This document shows positions 46,653-56,172 of a stretch of DNA of 64,000 nt, piece by piece. The stretch is from assembly GCA_964583625.1 (NCBI GenBank), contig CAZOVA010000003.1, positions 5,038-69,037 on the forward strand. The letters are read 5' to 3'. The first letter of the stretch is position 1. Every line of letters begins with the position of its first letter. The notes below the pieces were generated by a model. It had not been told where the DNA came from. It searched no databases and saw nothing but the letters and a program-made list of their open reading frames with translations. The DNA comes from an uncultured Pseudomonadales bacterium. GTDB taxonomy: Bacteria; Patescibacteriota; Microgenomatia; UBA1400; PJMF01. Made by a program: the position numbers and the translations under genes.

Positions 46653-47539
46653 CTCTGCCAGACTTTTCTTTTTCTAGTGCCTGTAAAATTAACTTAGGTT
46701 TAAAAATTCACGATTATTTGCCGACTAACTATCATCAAGTATCGACCGTGATGGTAAAAATCCCTTTTTTTGACCAAATCAAAATCGTCTGGTCCAAAGA
46801 AGCACTAGCAGAAAACAAATTTTTTTGTTCTCATCCAACAGTGCCGATTGATTCGAGTAATTTGCTTTTGCAGGCTTTTTCTCTTTTACAAAAAAAATTT
46901 ATTTTACCAGCCGCCCACTTTTATCTGCAAAAACGCATTCCTTTAGGTTCAGGTCTGGGGGGCGGCAGTTTTAATGCTGGTTGTCTTCTTAAAGAACTTA
47001 ATCAACGCTTGAATTTAGGTTTAACACCATCAGAATTAATGGCCCTAGCTTTGACTTTGGGAGCAGATGTGCCTTTTGCTACTAGTGATTTTTCAGCTGT
47101 TTATGAAAAAAATCATGGCCTAAAAAACTTAGAGCAACAGTCAGTTTTCAGTTTACCAGCCTGTCAATTAGTTTTAGTTTGGCAAGATTTTTCTTTTTCT
47201 ACCAAAGAACTTTATCAAGAATGGCAAAAGCAAAGCTCCGAGCAAGACATGAAAAATGATTTACCATTATCAGCCCTCATTGAAGCTTTGAAAAAACAAG
47301 ATTTAAATCTAATCTCTCAGAACTTGCAAAATGATTTTAGTCAAACGATTTTTATTCGCCAGCCACAATTACTGAAAGTGAAAGAAAAACTACTTCAAGC
47401 TGGAGGTTTAGGGGTTAGTCCGACAGGTAAAGGGCCAACTCTTTTTGCTCTCTTCCCGCCAAACTTATCCCTCAACTCGCTTATTTCAGAGTGGAAGCCT
47501 CAACTCGGACACCTAAAAGTGATTAATTTCTCAAACTAA
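46649..47539 (+). CDS. ispE: 4-diphosphocytidyl-2-C-methyl-D-erythritol kinase
   Basis: GHMP kinase motifs (KINLGLKI, PLGSGLGGGS); ATGA overlap with ispF; track start 46619 probably too early. Confidence 0.85.
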   Translation: MTLPDFSFSSACKINLGLKIHDYLPTNYHQVSTVMVKIPFFDQIKIVWSKEALAENKFFCSHPTVPIDSSNLLLQAFSLLQKKFILPAAHFYLQKRIPLGSGLGGGSFNAGCLLKELNQRLNLGLTPSELMALALTLGADVPFATSDFSAVYEKNHGLKNLEQQSVFSLPACQLVLVWQDFSFSTKELYQEWQKQSSEQDMKNDLPLSALIEALKKQDLNLISQNLQNDFSQTIFIRQPQLLKVKEKLLQAGGLGVSPTGKGPTLFALFPPNLSLNSLISEWKPQLGHLKVINFSN

Positions 47540-47549
47540 ATTTTTATTC

Positions 47550-48146
47550 TTAAAAAAGGGTGAATTGTGTGCCGCTTTGCGCTTTAGCTTTGAAGTCAAA
47601 GTCAACAGGGCACTCAATCAGACGGTTCCACTTATTATGGAATTTTATTTTTCCATGATTCCGACCATAATCATAAAGATCACGAGTGAGACGAACATCT
47701 TCGAGACAATATTTAGCTAATTCGTCAAATCTTTTTTCTCGGTAATAACGGATAGCATCTAAACCATCACCAATTTTTCCTCGATTAAAAGTAGCCTGAG
47801 CGACAGCATTCAAACTAATACGATGACCGCTAGCTTTTTTAATTTGATTCATTAAATCCAAAGTAGGAAGTTTCTTTAAGTCGCCAGTATAATATTTACT
47901 AAAAGTGGGTAAGTCAAAATTGTCAATATTGAAACCAATAATAACATCAGCCGCTTCCAAAAGAGGAAATAATTTTGCCAAATCTCTTTCAAAAAATCCC
48001 TGCATCTCTCCTTCACCAGTGAAGCCGTCTCGCAAACAAACCCCGACAAAAGAAATACCTAAATTTTCAGGAAAATAACCTCCCACCTCATCAAAGGTTT
48101 TTTGAGTTTCCACATCCAAAATTATCTGTTTCATTTTTTTATCCAT
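47550..48146 (-). CDS. DnaQ-like (DEDD) 3'-5' exonuclease domain protein
   Basis: Exo I motif ILDVETQ, later FNIDNFDLP and YCLEDV acidic motifs. Confidence 0.6.
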   Translation of the reverse strand: MDKKMKQIILDVETQKTFDEVGGYFPENLGISFVGVCLRDGFTGEGEMQGFFERDLAKLFPLLEAADVIIGFNIDNFDLPTFSKYYTGDLKKLPTLDLMNQIKKASGHRISLNAVAQATFNRGKIGDGLDAIRYYREKRFDELAKYCLEDVRLTRDLYDYGRNHGKIKFHNKWNRLIECPVDFDFKAKAQSGTQFTLF

Positions 48147-48230
48147 TCCTCTTTTTGGGAATCAGAAAGTCACTTTATCAAATTAAAGTGCAAAATGCAA
48201 GTAGGCAAAAATTTATTTTTGTTCTATAAT

Positions 48231-49946
48231 ATGGTTCAGAACGTGTCAACACTAAAATATCTTTTGCGCCTACCAAGCCATCTTTTTAGTAACCGCTGGC
48301 TCCAAGCTCAACAGCGATCTATTTTGTCAGCAGCCACAGTTATCACTCTGGCCAATCTTTTGGTCAGTGTCTCTGGTCTGCTAAGAGATCGTCTGATGTT
48401 GGCTCAGTTTGCGGGCAGTGATAGCCTCTTACAGGCTTATGATGCTTTTCGTATTGCTTTTCAAATTCCCGACTTACTTTATCAATTAATTATTCTTGGC
48501 GCCTTATCAGCCTCTTTTGTCCCGCTTTTTACTCTTTTGAAAAAGAAAAGTTCAGAAGAAGCTTTTTCTTTGGTGAATGTTTCTATGAACTGGCTGGTTT
48601 TAACTTTTATAGTTTTATCAGTAATAGTCGCCATTTTTGCTCCACAAATTACCCATTGGCGCATTGGTGAGGCTTACACCCAAGAACAAATCGAAATTGT
48701 CATCAATCTTACAAGGATGATGATGTTGGCGCAACTTTTTTTTGCTATCAGTAGTTTTTTTTCTGGTATGCTACAGAGCTATCAACGGTTCATTGTTCCA
48801 GCTTTAGTTCCAATTTTTTATAATGCAGGGATTGTTTTAGGAACTTATGTCTTTTTTCCTGTTTTTGGTATTTATGCCGCTGGAATTGGCGTTATTTTAG
48901 GTGCATTTTTACATATGTTATTGCAAATACCTTTTGTTGCTGGTCTTAATTGGCGCTATCGTCTTACTTTTGACCCTAAAACCAAAGGGGTAAAAAAACT
49001 TTTTGCTATGATGCCTGCGCGTACTTTTACTCTAGGAATGACAGAAATTCAAAGCTTGGGTTTGTCTTATTTTATTACCAGTGTCAGCGGTTTTGGTTAT
49101 ACCATGTTTGGTTTAGCTCGATCTTTGATCCTTATGCCTATCCGTTTTGTCGGCATTCCCATTGGTCAAGCCTCTTTACCTTTTTTGTCTGATTTGTCTG
49201 ACGAAACAGACCTTTCTCGTTTTAAAAAAATTGTCATACAATCTCTCAACCAAATAGCTTATTTAGCTTGTCCAATAGCCATTATTCTTTTAATTTTACG
49301 CATTCCGGTGGTCCGTTTGGCTTTTGGAACCCGCAATTTTTCTTGGGAGTATACTGTTCTCATCGGTCGGATTGTCGCGCTGATGGCCATCTCTATTCCT
49401 GCTCAAGCAATGTTCCATTTGCTAGTCAGGGCTTTTCATGCTTTACGCGACACTCTAACCCCTTTTTTGATTGCCGTCTCCACAACTATTATCTTTTTTA
49501 TCGGGGCTGCCTTGGCTATCAAATTGCCAAATAATCAACTCTACGGCATTGCTATTACCATTGCTGTGACCGCCATCATTGAAACTTTTGTTTATGCTTT
49601 ACTTTTAAATTTTAAACTAAAAAATCTTTTTACTCCCAACTTCCTTTTTACCCAAATTAAAATTTTCTTCATTACGGCTGTTACTGGCGTGGCTCTCTAT
49701 ATTCCTTTCAAATTATTAGATCAATTAGTTTTTGACACCACTCGAGTGATACCCCTATTAATGCTTACCTTTATTACTGGCGTAGTCGGTCTTAGTGTTT
49801 ATATTATTTTGTCAAAAATATTTCACATCCAAGAAATGCAAATTTTATTCAATCTTTTTGCTTCTTTAAAAAGAAAATTGGCACAAAAGGAAGAAAAAGC
49901 CTTATTACCGCCAACAGAAATTATCAACGATCCTTCGGAAAATTAA
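48231..49946 (+). CDS. murJ: Lipid II flippase MurJ
   Basis: MurJ/MviN signature (LLRDRLMLAQFAGSDSLLQAYDAFRIAFQIPDLL), 14 TM; track start 48102 overlaps the divergent gene, Met at 48231 preferred. Confidence 0.8.
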   Translation: MVQNVSTLKYLLRLPSHLFSNRWLQAQQRSILSAATVITLANLLVSVSGLLRDRLMLAQFAGSDSLLQAYDAFRIAFQIPDLLYQLIILGALSASFVPLFTLLKKKSSEEAFSLVNVSMNWLVLTFIVLSVIVAIFAPQITHWRIGEAYTQEQIEIVINLTRMMMLAQLFFAISSFFSGMLQSYQRFIVPALVPIFYNAGIVLGTYVFFPVFGIYAAGIGVILGAFLHMLLQIPFVAGLNWRYRLTFDPKTKGVKKLFAMMPARTFTLGMTEIQSLGLSYFITSVSGFGYTMFGLARSLILMPIRFVGIPIGQASLPFLSDLSDETDLSRFKKIVIQSLNQIAYLACPIAIILLILRIPVVRLAFGTRNFSWEYTVLIGRIVALMAISIPAQAMFHLLVRAFHALRDTLTPFLIAVSTTIIFFIGAALAIKLPNNQLYGIAITIAVTAIIETFVYALLLNFKLKNLFTPNFLFTQIKIFFITAVTGVALYIPFKLLDQLVFDTTRVIPLLMLTFITGVVGLSVYIILSKIFHIQEMQILFNLFASLKRKLAQKEEKALLPPTEIINDPSEN

Positions 49947-49990
49947 TTTTTCGTGTATAATTATTCTTGAGCTTTTAAGAGATAGATTTT

Positions 49991-51670
49991 ATGATTAAAT
50001 TGACAGAAAAACTCAAAACCTTATCAATTTGGTTGGATAATAATTTATTATTTATTCTTTCAAGTTTTTTATTAATCTTTATTCCTTTATGGCCTAAAAT
50101 TCCTCTGGCAGATTTAATTCCTGGCTATATTGTTCGTTTACGTTTGGAAGATATTTTCGTTTTAATTACTTTTATTATCTATTTAATTTGGCTCTATCGC
50201 AAAAAAATTTCTTGGCAACTACCTACTTGGCAATTAATCTTTGCTTATTTAGCTATTGGTCTGATGAGTATTTTGACTGGTCTTTTTATTTTAGAAACCA
50301 TTCCTCTTTTTCCAGTTCATATTTCAAAGTCAGTTTTACATTGGGCCCGTTATGCGGAGTATTTTTTTCTGGCTTTTCTTTTTTTTAGTAGTCTCCGTCA
50401 ACTAAAACATTTAAAAATCTTTTTAGGTTTGATATTGGCGGTGACAGCAGCTATTAGTCTCTATGGAGCTGGTCAGAAGTATCTTTATTGGCCTCTTTAT
50501 TCCACTATGAACCGAGAATTTAGTAAGGGCATTCGTTTATACTTGACTCCTCACGCTCGAGTTCAGTCAACCTTTGGCGGTCATTATGATTTTGCCGCTT
50601 ATTTGGTTTTAGTTTTACCTTTTAGTTTAATCTTATTTTGGCAAGCAGAAAAAAAATGGCTCAAAGCTCTAGCCTTATTAGCTCACCTCTTAGGTTTATG
50701 GTCTTTGATTGTTTCAGCAGCTAGAACCTCAATTATTGCTTATTTTGTTGCTGTTATTTTATTGTTTACAATTTATGTTTTTTGTCAAAAAATTTCTTGG
50801 GGTAAGAAAATTTGGCGTTTTTTTAGTTATCAATTTATTTATTTTCTCTTTATTGCTTTTTTAATTGTCAATTTTGGTCAAGACACGATTGAAAGATTTG
50901 CTCACTCTTTTAGTTCAGTAGAAATTATTAAAAATAATTATTATCGTTTCAAAGGTTTCCAGGAAAAAGTGGCGAGCACTTTAGGGATTGATAGAGTTAA
51001 ACCTCCAGCAAACTCTTTAGCGGTAAATTTGGATGAATATGGCAATAATAGCGTTTTAACCCCTAGTGATTCTCGACCCAGACCGGCCGATGTTTATGTT
51101 GATGTTCCAGAAATAAAAACAGCTCTTGATGCTAGCACGGGAGCAATTATCACCTATGAAACAGAAAGGACTTGGTCTCGCAATGCCGAGCTTTATGGTT
51201 TGTCAATGGCTATTCGCCTAGACACTTTATGGCCCAATGCGCTTAAGGCTTTGATGCGTCATCCCTTACTAGGGAGTGGTTATGGGACTATTAACAAAGG
51301 AGAAAAACTTAATCAATTTACTGAGGCAGACAGTGTTGACAATAATTATTTACGCACTCTCGGTGAGACAGGCCTTTTAAGCTTTTTTGTTTTTTACGGT
51401 TTGATAGCCTTTACTATTATCTTTGCCTGGAAAAATCTCTCTCGACTTCAAGGTTTGCCTTTGTATTTCAATTATGCTTTTATAGCCGCCGCCGTCGGTT
51501 TACTAATTAATGCTAGTTATATTGATGTTTTTGCCGCCTCCAAAGTTGCTTTTACTTTCTGGATGCTTTATGGTGTTTTTTGGAAAACTCAAAGCTTAAG
51601 TTTTCTTCCATCGCCCTCAATTAAAAATAAGAAAAAAGATCAAACTATAAGTAAAAATGAAAAAAAATAA
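49991..51670 (+). CDS. O-antigen ligase/polymerase-like (Wzy_C-type) membrane protein
   Basis: Polytopic protein with a large extracytoplasmic loop and Wzy_C-like hydrophobic core. Confidence 0.5.
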   Translation: MIKLTEKLKTLSIWLDNNLLFILSSFLLIFIPLWPKIPLADLIPGYIVRLRLEDIFVLITFIIYLIWLYRKKISWQLPTWQLIFAYLAIGLMSILTGLFILETIPLFPVHISKSVLHWARYAEYFFLAFLFFSSLRQLKHLKIFLGLILAVTAAISLYGAGQKYLYWPLYSTMNREFSKGIRLYLTPHARVQSTFGGHYDFAAYLVLVLPFSLILFWQAEKKWLKALALLAHLLGLWSLIVSAARTSIIAYFVAVILLFTIYVFCQKISWGKKIWRFFSYQFIYFLFIAFLIVNFGQDTIERFAHSFSSVEIIKNNYYRFKGFQEKVASTLGIDRVKPPANSLAVNLDEYGNNSVLTPSDSRPRPADVYVDVPEIKTALDASTGAIITYETERTWSRNAELYGLSMAIRLDTLWPNALKALMRHPLLGSGYGTINKGEKLNQFTEADSVDNNYLRTLGETGLLSFFVFYGLIAFTIIFAWKNLSRLQGLPLYFNYAFIAAAVGLLINASYIDVFAASKVAFTFWMLYGVFWKTQSLSFLPSPSIKNKKKDQTISKNEKK

Positions 51671-53150
51671 ATTTATCTCTTTCATAAAAAAATCTTGGCT
51701 TTTATCTTTGATTATTCTTTTAGCTTTTGTTTTTCGCCTTTTTCGCCTCAATCACCCTTTATTAGATTGGCATTCTTTTCGGCAAGCAGACACCGCTTCC
51801 GTCACGAGAGAATTTGTTAAACATAATTACCCTCTATGGCAACCACACTATCATGATTTGGGAAGCATCCAAAGCGGAGCAGCCAATTTGGAAGGTTATC
51901 GTTTTGTTGAGTTTCCTTTGATCAACTATTTACTCGCTATCCCTTTGAAAGCTTTCCCTCGCTGGGATTTAGTAATTTTTTCTCGACTAATGACTGCTTT
52001 AGCTTCTAGTTTGAGCGTTCTCTTGCTTTATTTCATTTTGCAAAAATGGCAAAAAAATAAAACTTTGAGTTTATTAGCGACTGCCTTTTTCGCCTTTTTA
52101 CCTTTTGCTATTTATTATGGTCGAGCTATTTTGCCTGAACCGTGGCAAATATTGTTCTGCTTGATGACTATTTTAAGTTTTACCTATTATCTAGAGAAAA
52201 AGAACTTCACTTTCTGGCTGCTTTCTTTATTTTCTTTTTCCTTAGCCCTTTTACTCAAACCGACCAGTGTTTTTATTTTCCCCCTACTTATGCTTTTAGC
52301 TGGACAAAAATACGATTGGCAATTTCTAAAAAAAGGAGAACTTTATTTATTAGTTTTTATTAGTTTTTTACCTTTGTTATGGTGGCGAAATTATATGCAA
52401 CAATTTCCTACAGGTATTCCTGCTAGTGATTGGCTGTTTAATAGTGATCAGATCCGTTTGCGACCAGCTTGGTGGCGGTGGTTATTCTATGAAAGACTAA
52501 CAAAAACTTGGTTAGGCTATTTTGGTTTACTTTTTTTCTTAGCTGGTCTAATTCCAGAAAAATGGTTACTTTTCAAAAAAAATGTGCGTCTTCGTTTGAG
52601 TAGTTTTGACTGGCAGACTTATGTCTTAATGGCTAGTTTTTTTCTCTATTTGGTAATTTTTGCTACGGGCAATGTTCGTCATGACTATTATCAGGTAATT
52701 TTATTGCCAGTGATAGCTCTTGTTTATGCGCGAGGTTTAGTTTATATTTTTACCTGGTGGCGCGATAAACTCAATCTCCGTTTAGCTTTAGTTTTATTGT
52801 TACTAATTAATATGGTTAGTTTATACTTTGCTTGGAATCAAAATTTAGGCAAATTCAATGTTAATAATTGGGCCGCATTCAAATTGGGGAAAGTGGCCGA
52901 TCAAATTCTCCCAGCTCAAGCTTTAGTCATTGCTGATTCTTTTGATGCTGATACCAATTTTCTTTTCCAAACCAATCGAACTGGTTGGTCGGAGGCCAAT
53001 AAATGGGAAGAAAAATTAGTTCAGGGAGCGGAATTTTATTTGACCACCAACTTTGATGACCGTTTTCATCAATTAGTCAAAACCTACCCCCTTTTCTATC
53101 AAGATGAAAACGGGGCTATTCTTGACCTAAGAGGAGGACAAAAATTATGA
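51657..53150 (+). CDS. GT-C family glycosyltransferase (ArnT/PMT_2-like)
   Basis: N-terminal HSFRQADTAS (DE/RQAD loop motif), more than 10 TM helices. Confidence 0.6.
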   Translation: MKKNKFISFIKKSWLLSLIILLAFVFRLFRLNHPLLDWHSFRQADTASVTREFVKHNYPLWQPHYHDLGSIQSGAANLEGYRFVEFPLINYLLAIPLKAFPRWDLVIFSRLMTALASSLSVLLLYFILQKWQKNKTLSLLATAFFAFLPFAIYYGRAILPEPWQILFCLMTILSFTYYLEKKNFTFWLLSLFSFSLALLLKPTSVFIFPLLMLLAGQKYDWQFLKKGELYLLVFISFLPLLWWRNYMQQFPTGIPASDWLFNSDQIRLRPAWWRWLFYERLTKTWLGYFGLLFFLAGLIPEKWLLFKKNVRLRLSSFDWQTYVLMASFFLYLVIFATGNVRHDYYQVILLPVIALVYARGLVYIFTWWRDKLNLRLALVLLLLINMVSLYFAWNQNLGKFNVNNWAAFKLGKVADQILPAQALVIADSFDADTNFLFQTNRTGWSEANKWEEKLVQGAEFYLTTNFDDRFHQLVKTYPLFYQDENGAILDLRGGQKL

Positions 53151-54343
53151 AAATTCTCATGTTGACTCCCTATCTTCCTTACCCGCTACTTTCTGGCGGA
53201 CAGATTCGAACTTACAATTTATTGAAAAAGATGGCTCGCCTCCATGAAATAACTCTTTTTTCCTTGATTAAAAATGAGGCAGAAAAAAAATATATTAAAG
53301 AATTGGAAAAATATTGTCATAGTGTGCGAGTTTTTAAACGTTCCAGCAAACCTTTTACCTTAAAGAATATTCTGCGAACAGCTTTTTCTAGTTATCCTTT
53401 TTTGGTAGTTCGCAATCACGTTGATGCAGTGATGCAAGCTATTGGCGAAGAATTAGCCGCTCATCACTATGATTTAATTCATGCGGAAACTTTTTATATG
53501 ATGCCCCACCTCCCAAAAACTAATATTCCTGTTATTTTGGTTGAACAAACAATTGAGTATTTAGGCTATGAGAGTTTTGCTCAGAACACTAGGTGGAAAT
53601 TTTTGCGCCCATTACTTAATATTGATATTAAGAAAATTAAATTTTGGGAGAAACATTATTGGCGAACTTGTAATCAACTAGTCACTATGAGCCAAGAAGA
53701 CAAAGAATTTATTGAAAAAGAAATTGGTGAAAAAACCCCGATTGCGGTGGTAGCCAATGGAGTTGACACTGATTGGTTTGGCCAGAAAAAATTTACTAAA
53801 CGTCCTCAACCAACTCTTCTTTCAGTTGGAACCTTTAAGTGGCTGCCTAATATTGAAGCAGTCAATTTTTTAGTTAAAAAAGTCTGGCCTCTAATTAAAA
53901 AGGAAAGAAAAGACGTACAACTTTTGATTGTTGGCAATGCTCCCACCAAACAAATTTTAGCTTATGCTAAAAAAGATCAACAAATAAAAGTAGCTGGCAG
54001 AATTCCTGACATTCGTCAGGCATTTGGTGAAGCCCATATTCTTTTAGCCCCAGTTTTTTCTGGTAAAGGGACGCGCTATAAAGTTTTAGAAGCCATGGCA
54101 GCCGGGACACCAATTATCGCTACCGCCATTGCGGTGGAGGGTTTGGGGGTTAGCAATGGTAAAGAAGTTTTGATTGCCAATGATGCAAAGCAAATGGCGG
54201 CCGCCACCCTTTCTCTTTTGAAAAATCCGACTTTACAAAAAAAATTATCAAATAACGGTCAAAATTTTGTTAAGAAAAATTTTGATTGGAATCTAATTGC
54301 TCAAAAATTAGATCAACTTTATTTACTTTTGGGAGGAAAATAA
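53147..54343 (+). CDS. Glycosyltransferase family 4 (GT-B)
   Basis: MKILMLTPYLPYPLLSGGQIRTYNL N-terminus, C-terminal EAMAAGTPII motif. Confidence 0.8.
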   Translation: MKILMLTPYLPYPLLSGGQIRTYNLLKKMARLHEITLFSLIKNEAEKKYIKELEKYCHSVRVFKRSSKPFTLKNILRTAFSSYPFLVVRNHVDAVMQAIGEELAAHHYDLIHAETFYMMPHLPKTNIPVILVEQTIEYLGYESFAQNTRWKFLRPLLNIDIKKIKFWEKHYWRTCNQLVTMSQEDKEFIEKEIGEKTPIAVVANGVDTDWFGQKKFTKRPQPTLLSVGTFKWLPNIEAVNFLVKKVWPLIKKERKDVQLLIVGNAPTKQILAYAKKDQQIKVAGRIPDIRQAFGEAHILLAPVFSGKGTRYKVLEAMAAGTPIIATAIAVEGLGVSNGKEVLIANDAKQMAAATLSLLKNPTLQKKLSNNGQNFVKKNFDWNLIAQKLDQLYLLLGGK

Positions 54344-55231
54344 ATGGCTAAAAATATTCTTAAAAAACAAAAACTGGCGATTATCTTAGTTAATTATAAT
54401 GGTAGCTTTTGGCTAAAAAAAACCTTGACTTCATTAAGAGATTTTTATTTAGCTAAAACCAAAAACAAAGTAGAGGTTATCTTGGTTGACAATGATAGTA
54501 GTGATGATTCTGTAGCAATGGTAAAAGAAAATTTCCCTTTGGTCAAAATTATTCAAGCAAAAGAGAATTTGGGCTTTGCCAAAGCTAATAATTTGGCTAT
54601 TAATCAAACTGAAGCAGATTATATTATGCTCCTCAACTCAGATACTCAGTTGGACGAGAGAAGCAATTTAGATGCTTTGCTTAATTATTTATATGAGCAT
54701 AAAGAAGTTGGTATGATTGGCCCCAAACTTCTTCTGACTAATGGCGAACTTGATCAAGCCTGTCATCGTGGCGAACCGACTCCTTGGGCTAGTTTTACTT
54801 ATTTCAGTGGTTTAGCTAAGCTTTTTCCTCATTTCTCTTCTTTTAATTCTTATCATCGTGGAGATTTAGATATTGACACAATTCATCAAATTGAAGCTAT
54901 TTCTGGAGCGGCGATGATGATTAGTCGCCCAGCTTTGAACTTAGTCGGTCTGCTAGATGAAGACTTTTTCCTTTATGGTGAGGACTTAGATTGGTGTAAA
55001 CGTTTCCGGCAGGCAAACTTTGAAATTATTTATTATCCTGAGGTAATTATTGTTCATCACAAAAATAAATCTGGCATTGAGAATCAAGATAAAAAAATTA
55101 AAAAAGCGAGCAATCATTATTTTTACGATACCATGCTTTTGTATTATGACAAACATTATCGTCAAAAATATCCTCCCTTTGTTCGTCAATTGGTAAAAAT
55201 ATTTCTTTTTATTAAGAAAGGGGGTCTTTAA
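54344..55231 (+). CDS. Glycosyltransferase family 2
   Basis: LAIILVNYNG, VDNDSSDDS, DxD-like and C-terminal GT2 core. Confidence 0.8.
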   Translation: MAKNILKKQKLAIILVNYNGSFWLKKTLTSLRDFYLAKTKNKVEVILVDNDSSDDSVAMVKENFPLVKIIQAKENLGFAKANNLAINQTEADYIMLLNSDTQLDERSNLDALLNYLYEHKEVGMIGPKLLLTNGELDQACHRGEPTPWASFTYFSGLAKLFPHFSSFNSYHRGDLDIDTIHQIEAISGAAMMISRPALNLVGLLDEDFFLYGEDLDWCKRFRQANFEIIYYPEVIIVHHKNKSGIENQDKKIKKASNHYFYDTMLLYYDKHYRQKYPPFVRQLVKIFLFIKKGGL

Positions 55232-56094
55232 TGCCTTTAATTGTGACTCATTTTGCCCCCGATTTGGATGCGATTGCTAGCATTTGGCTTCTCACTCGTT
55301 TTGATGCTCAACATTATGCCGGCAGTCGAGTGACTTTTGTTAATCCAGGAGAAACTATTAGTCTAGAACAAGCAGCCGATCTTGGTTATAGTCTAGATCA
55401 AGTGACTCATGTTGACACGGGTGGAGGGGAGTTTGATCATCATGATGAAGACCGAGCTGGCAAAGATCTTTGTGCTGCTAAATTGGTTTATGATCATTTA
55501 CAAAAAGTCCATCCTGATATAAAAAATAACTTAGCTTTAAAAGAAATGGTTGACTATTTTTTGGAAATCGATCATTTTGGTGAAGTTTTTTGGCCAGAAA
55601 GTGATCATCCTCGTTATCTTTTTATGCTCGATCAGATTATTGTTGGCATGGACGTCACTCATACTAATGATGATAGTTATCAAGTAGACTTAGGAGCACG
55701 TCTGCTTGATTTTGTCTATGCTAATATGCGCTCTTATATTAGCGCGCGGGCTTCTTTGGCTGACGGAATTATTTTTCCTTTGAAAACAGGGACTGCCTTT
55801 GCTGTTTTAGCTAATAATGATGAGGTTTTAACTTTGGCCCAAAAAGCGGGGCATTTACTAGCAATTAAAAAGGACTTAGACGGCGGACACATTAGAATTA
55901 AAGCTCGACCTGACGCAAAATTTGATCTAAAGCTTATCTATGAAGCTATCAAACTCAAAGATAAAACTGGTACTTGGTATTACCACCCTGGTGGAAAAAT
56001 GCTTCTCAATGGTTCACGCAAAAGCAAAAATCAAACGCCGTCGCCTTTGACTTTGGAAGAAATAGTTACGATAGTCAAAGACTATCTTGCTTAG
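55231..56094 (+). CDS. DHH-family phosphoesterase
   Basis: Motif I HFAPDLDAIAS, motif III DHHDE. Confidence 0.65.
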   Translation: MPLIVTHFAPDLDAIASIWLLTRFDAQHYAGSRVTFVNPGETISLEQAADLGYSLDQVTHVDTGGGEFDHHDEDRAGKDLCAAKLVYDHLQKVHPDIKNNLALKEMVDYFLEIDHFGEVFWPESDHPRYLFMLDQIIVGMDVTHTNDDSYQVDLGARLLDFVYANMRSYISARASLADGIIFPLKTGTAFAVLANNDEVLTLAQKAGHLLAIKKDLDGGHIRIKARPDAKFDLKLIYEAIKLKDKTGTWYYHPGGKMLLNGSRKSKNQTPSPLTLEEIVTIVKDYLA

Positions 56095-56160
56095 GTAAAA
56101 ATATAAACTATATTTATCCTTAATCAATGAAAAGTTAAAAAAATTCTCTCAATTTTCATA

Positions 56161-56166
56161 TATAAT
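56161..56166 (+). promoter_or_regulatory. -10 box TATAAT 6 nt upstream of the tyrS ATG (leaderless transcript predicted)
   Basis: TATAAT-AGAGTT-ATG; no SD possible. Confidence 0.4.
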
Positions 56167-56172
56167 AGAGTT

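Noticed and set aside
48221-48233. TATAAT immediately abutting the ATG of murJ as another leaderless start
   Set aside because: With zero spacing the TSS would fall inside the coding sequence. The true murJ promoter is probably further upstream, so it is not counted among the leaderless candidates.
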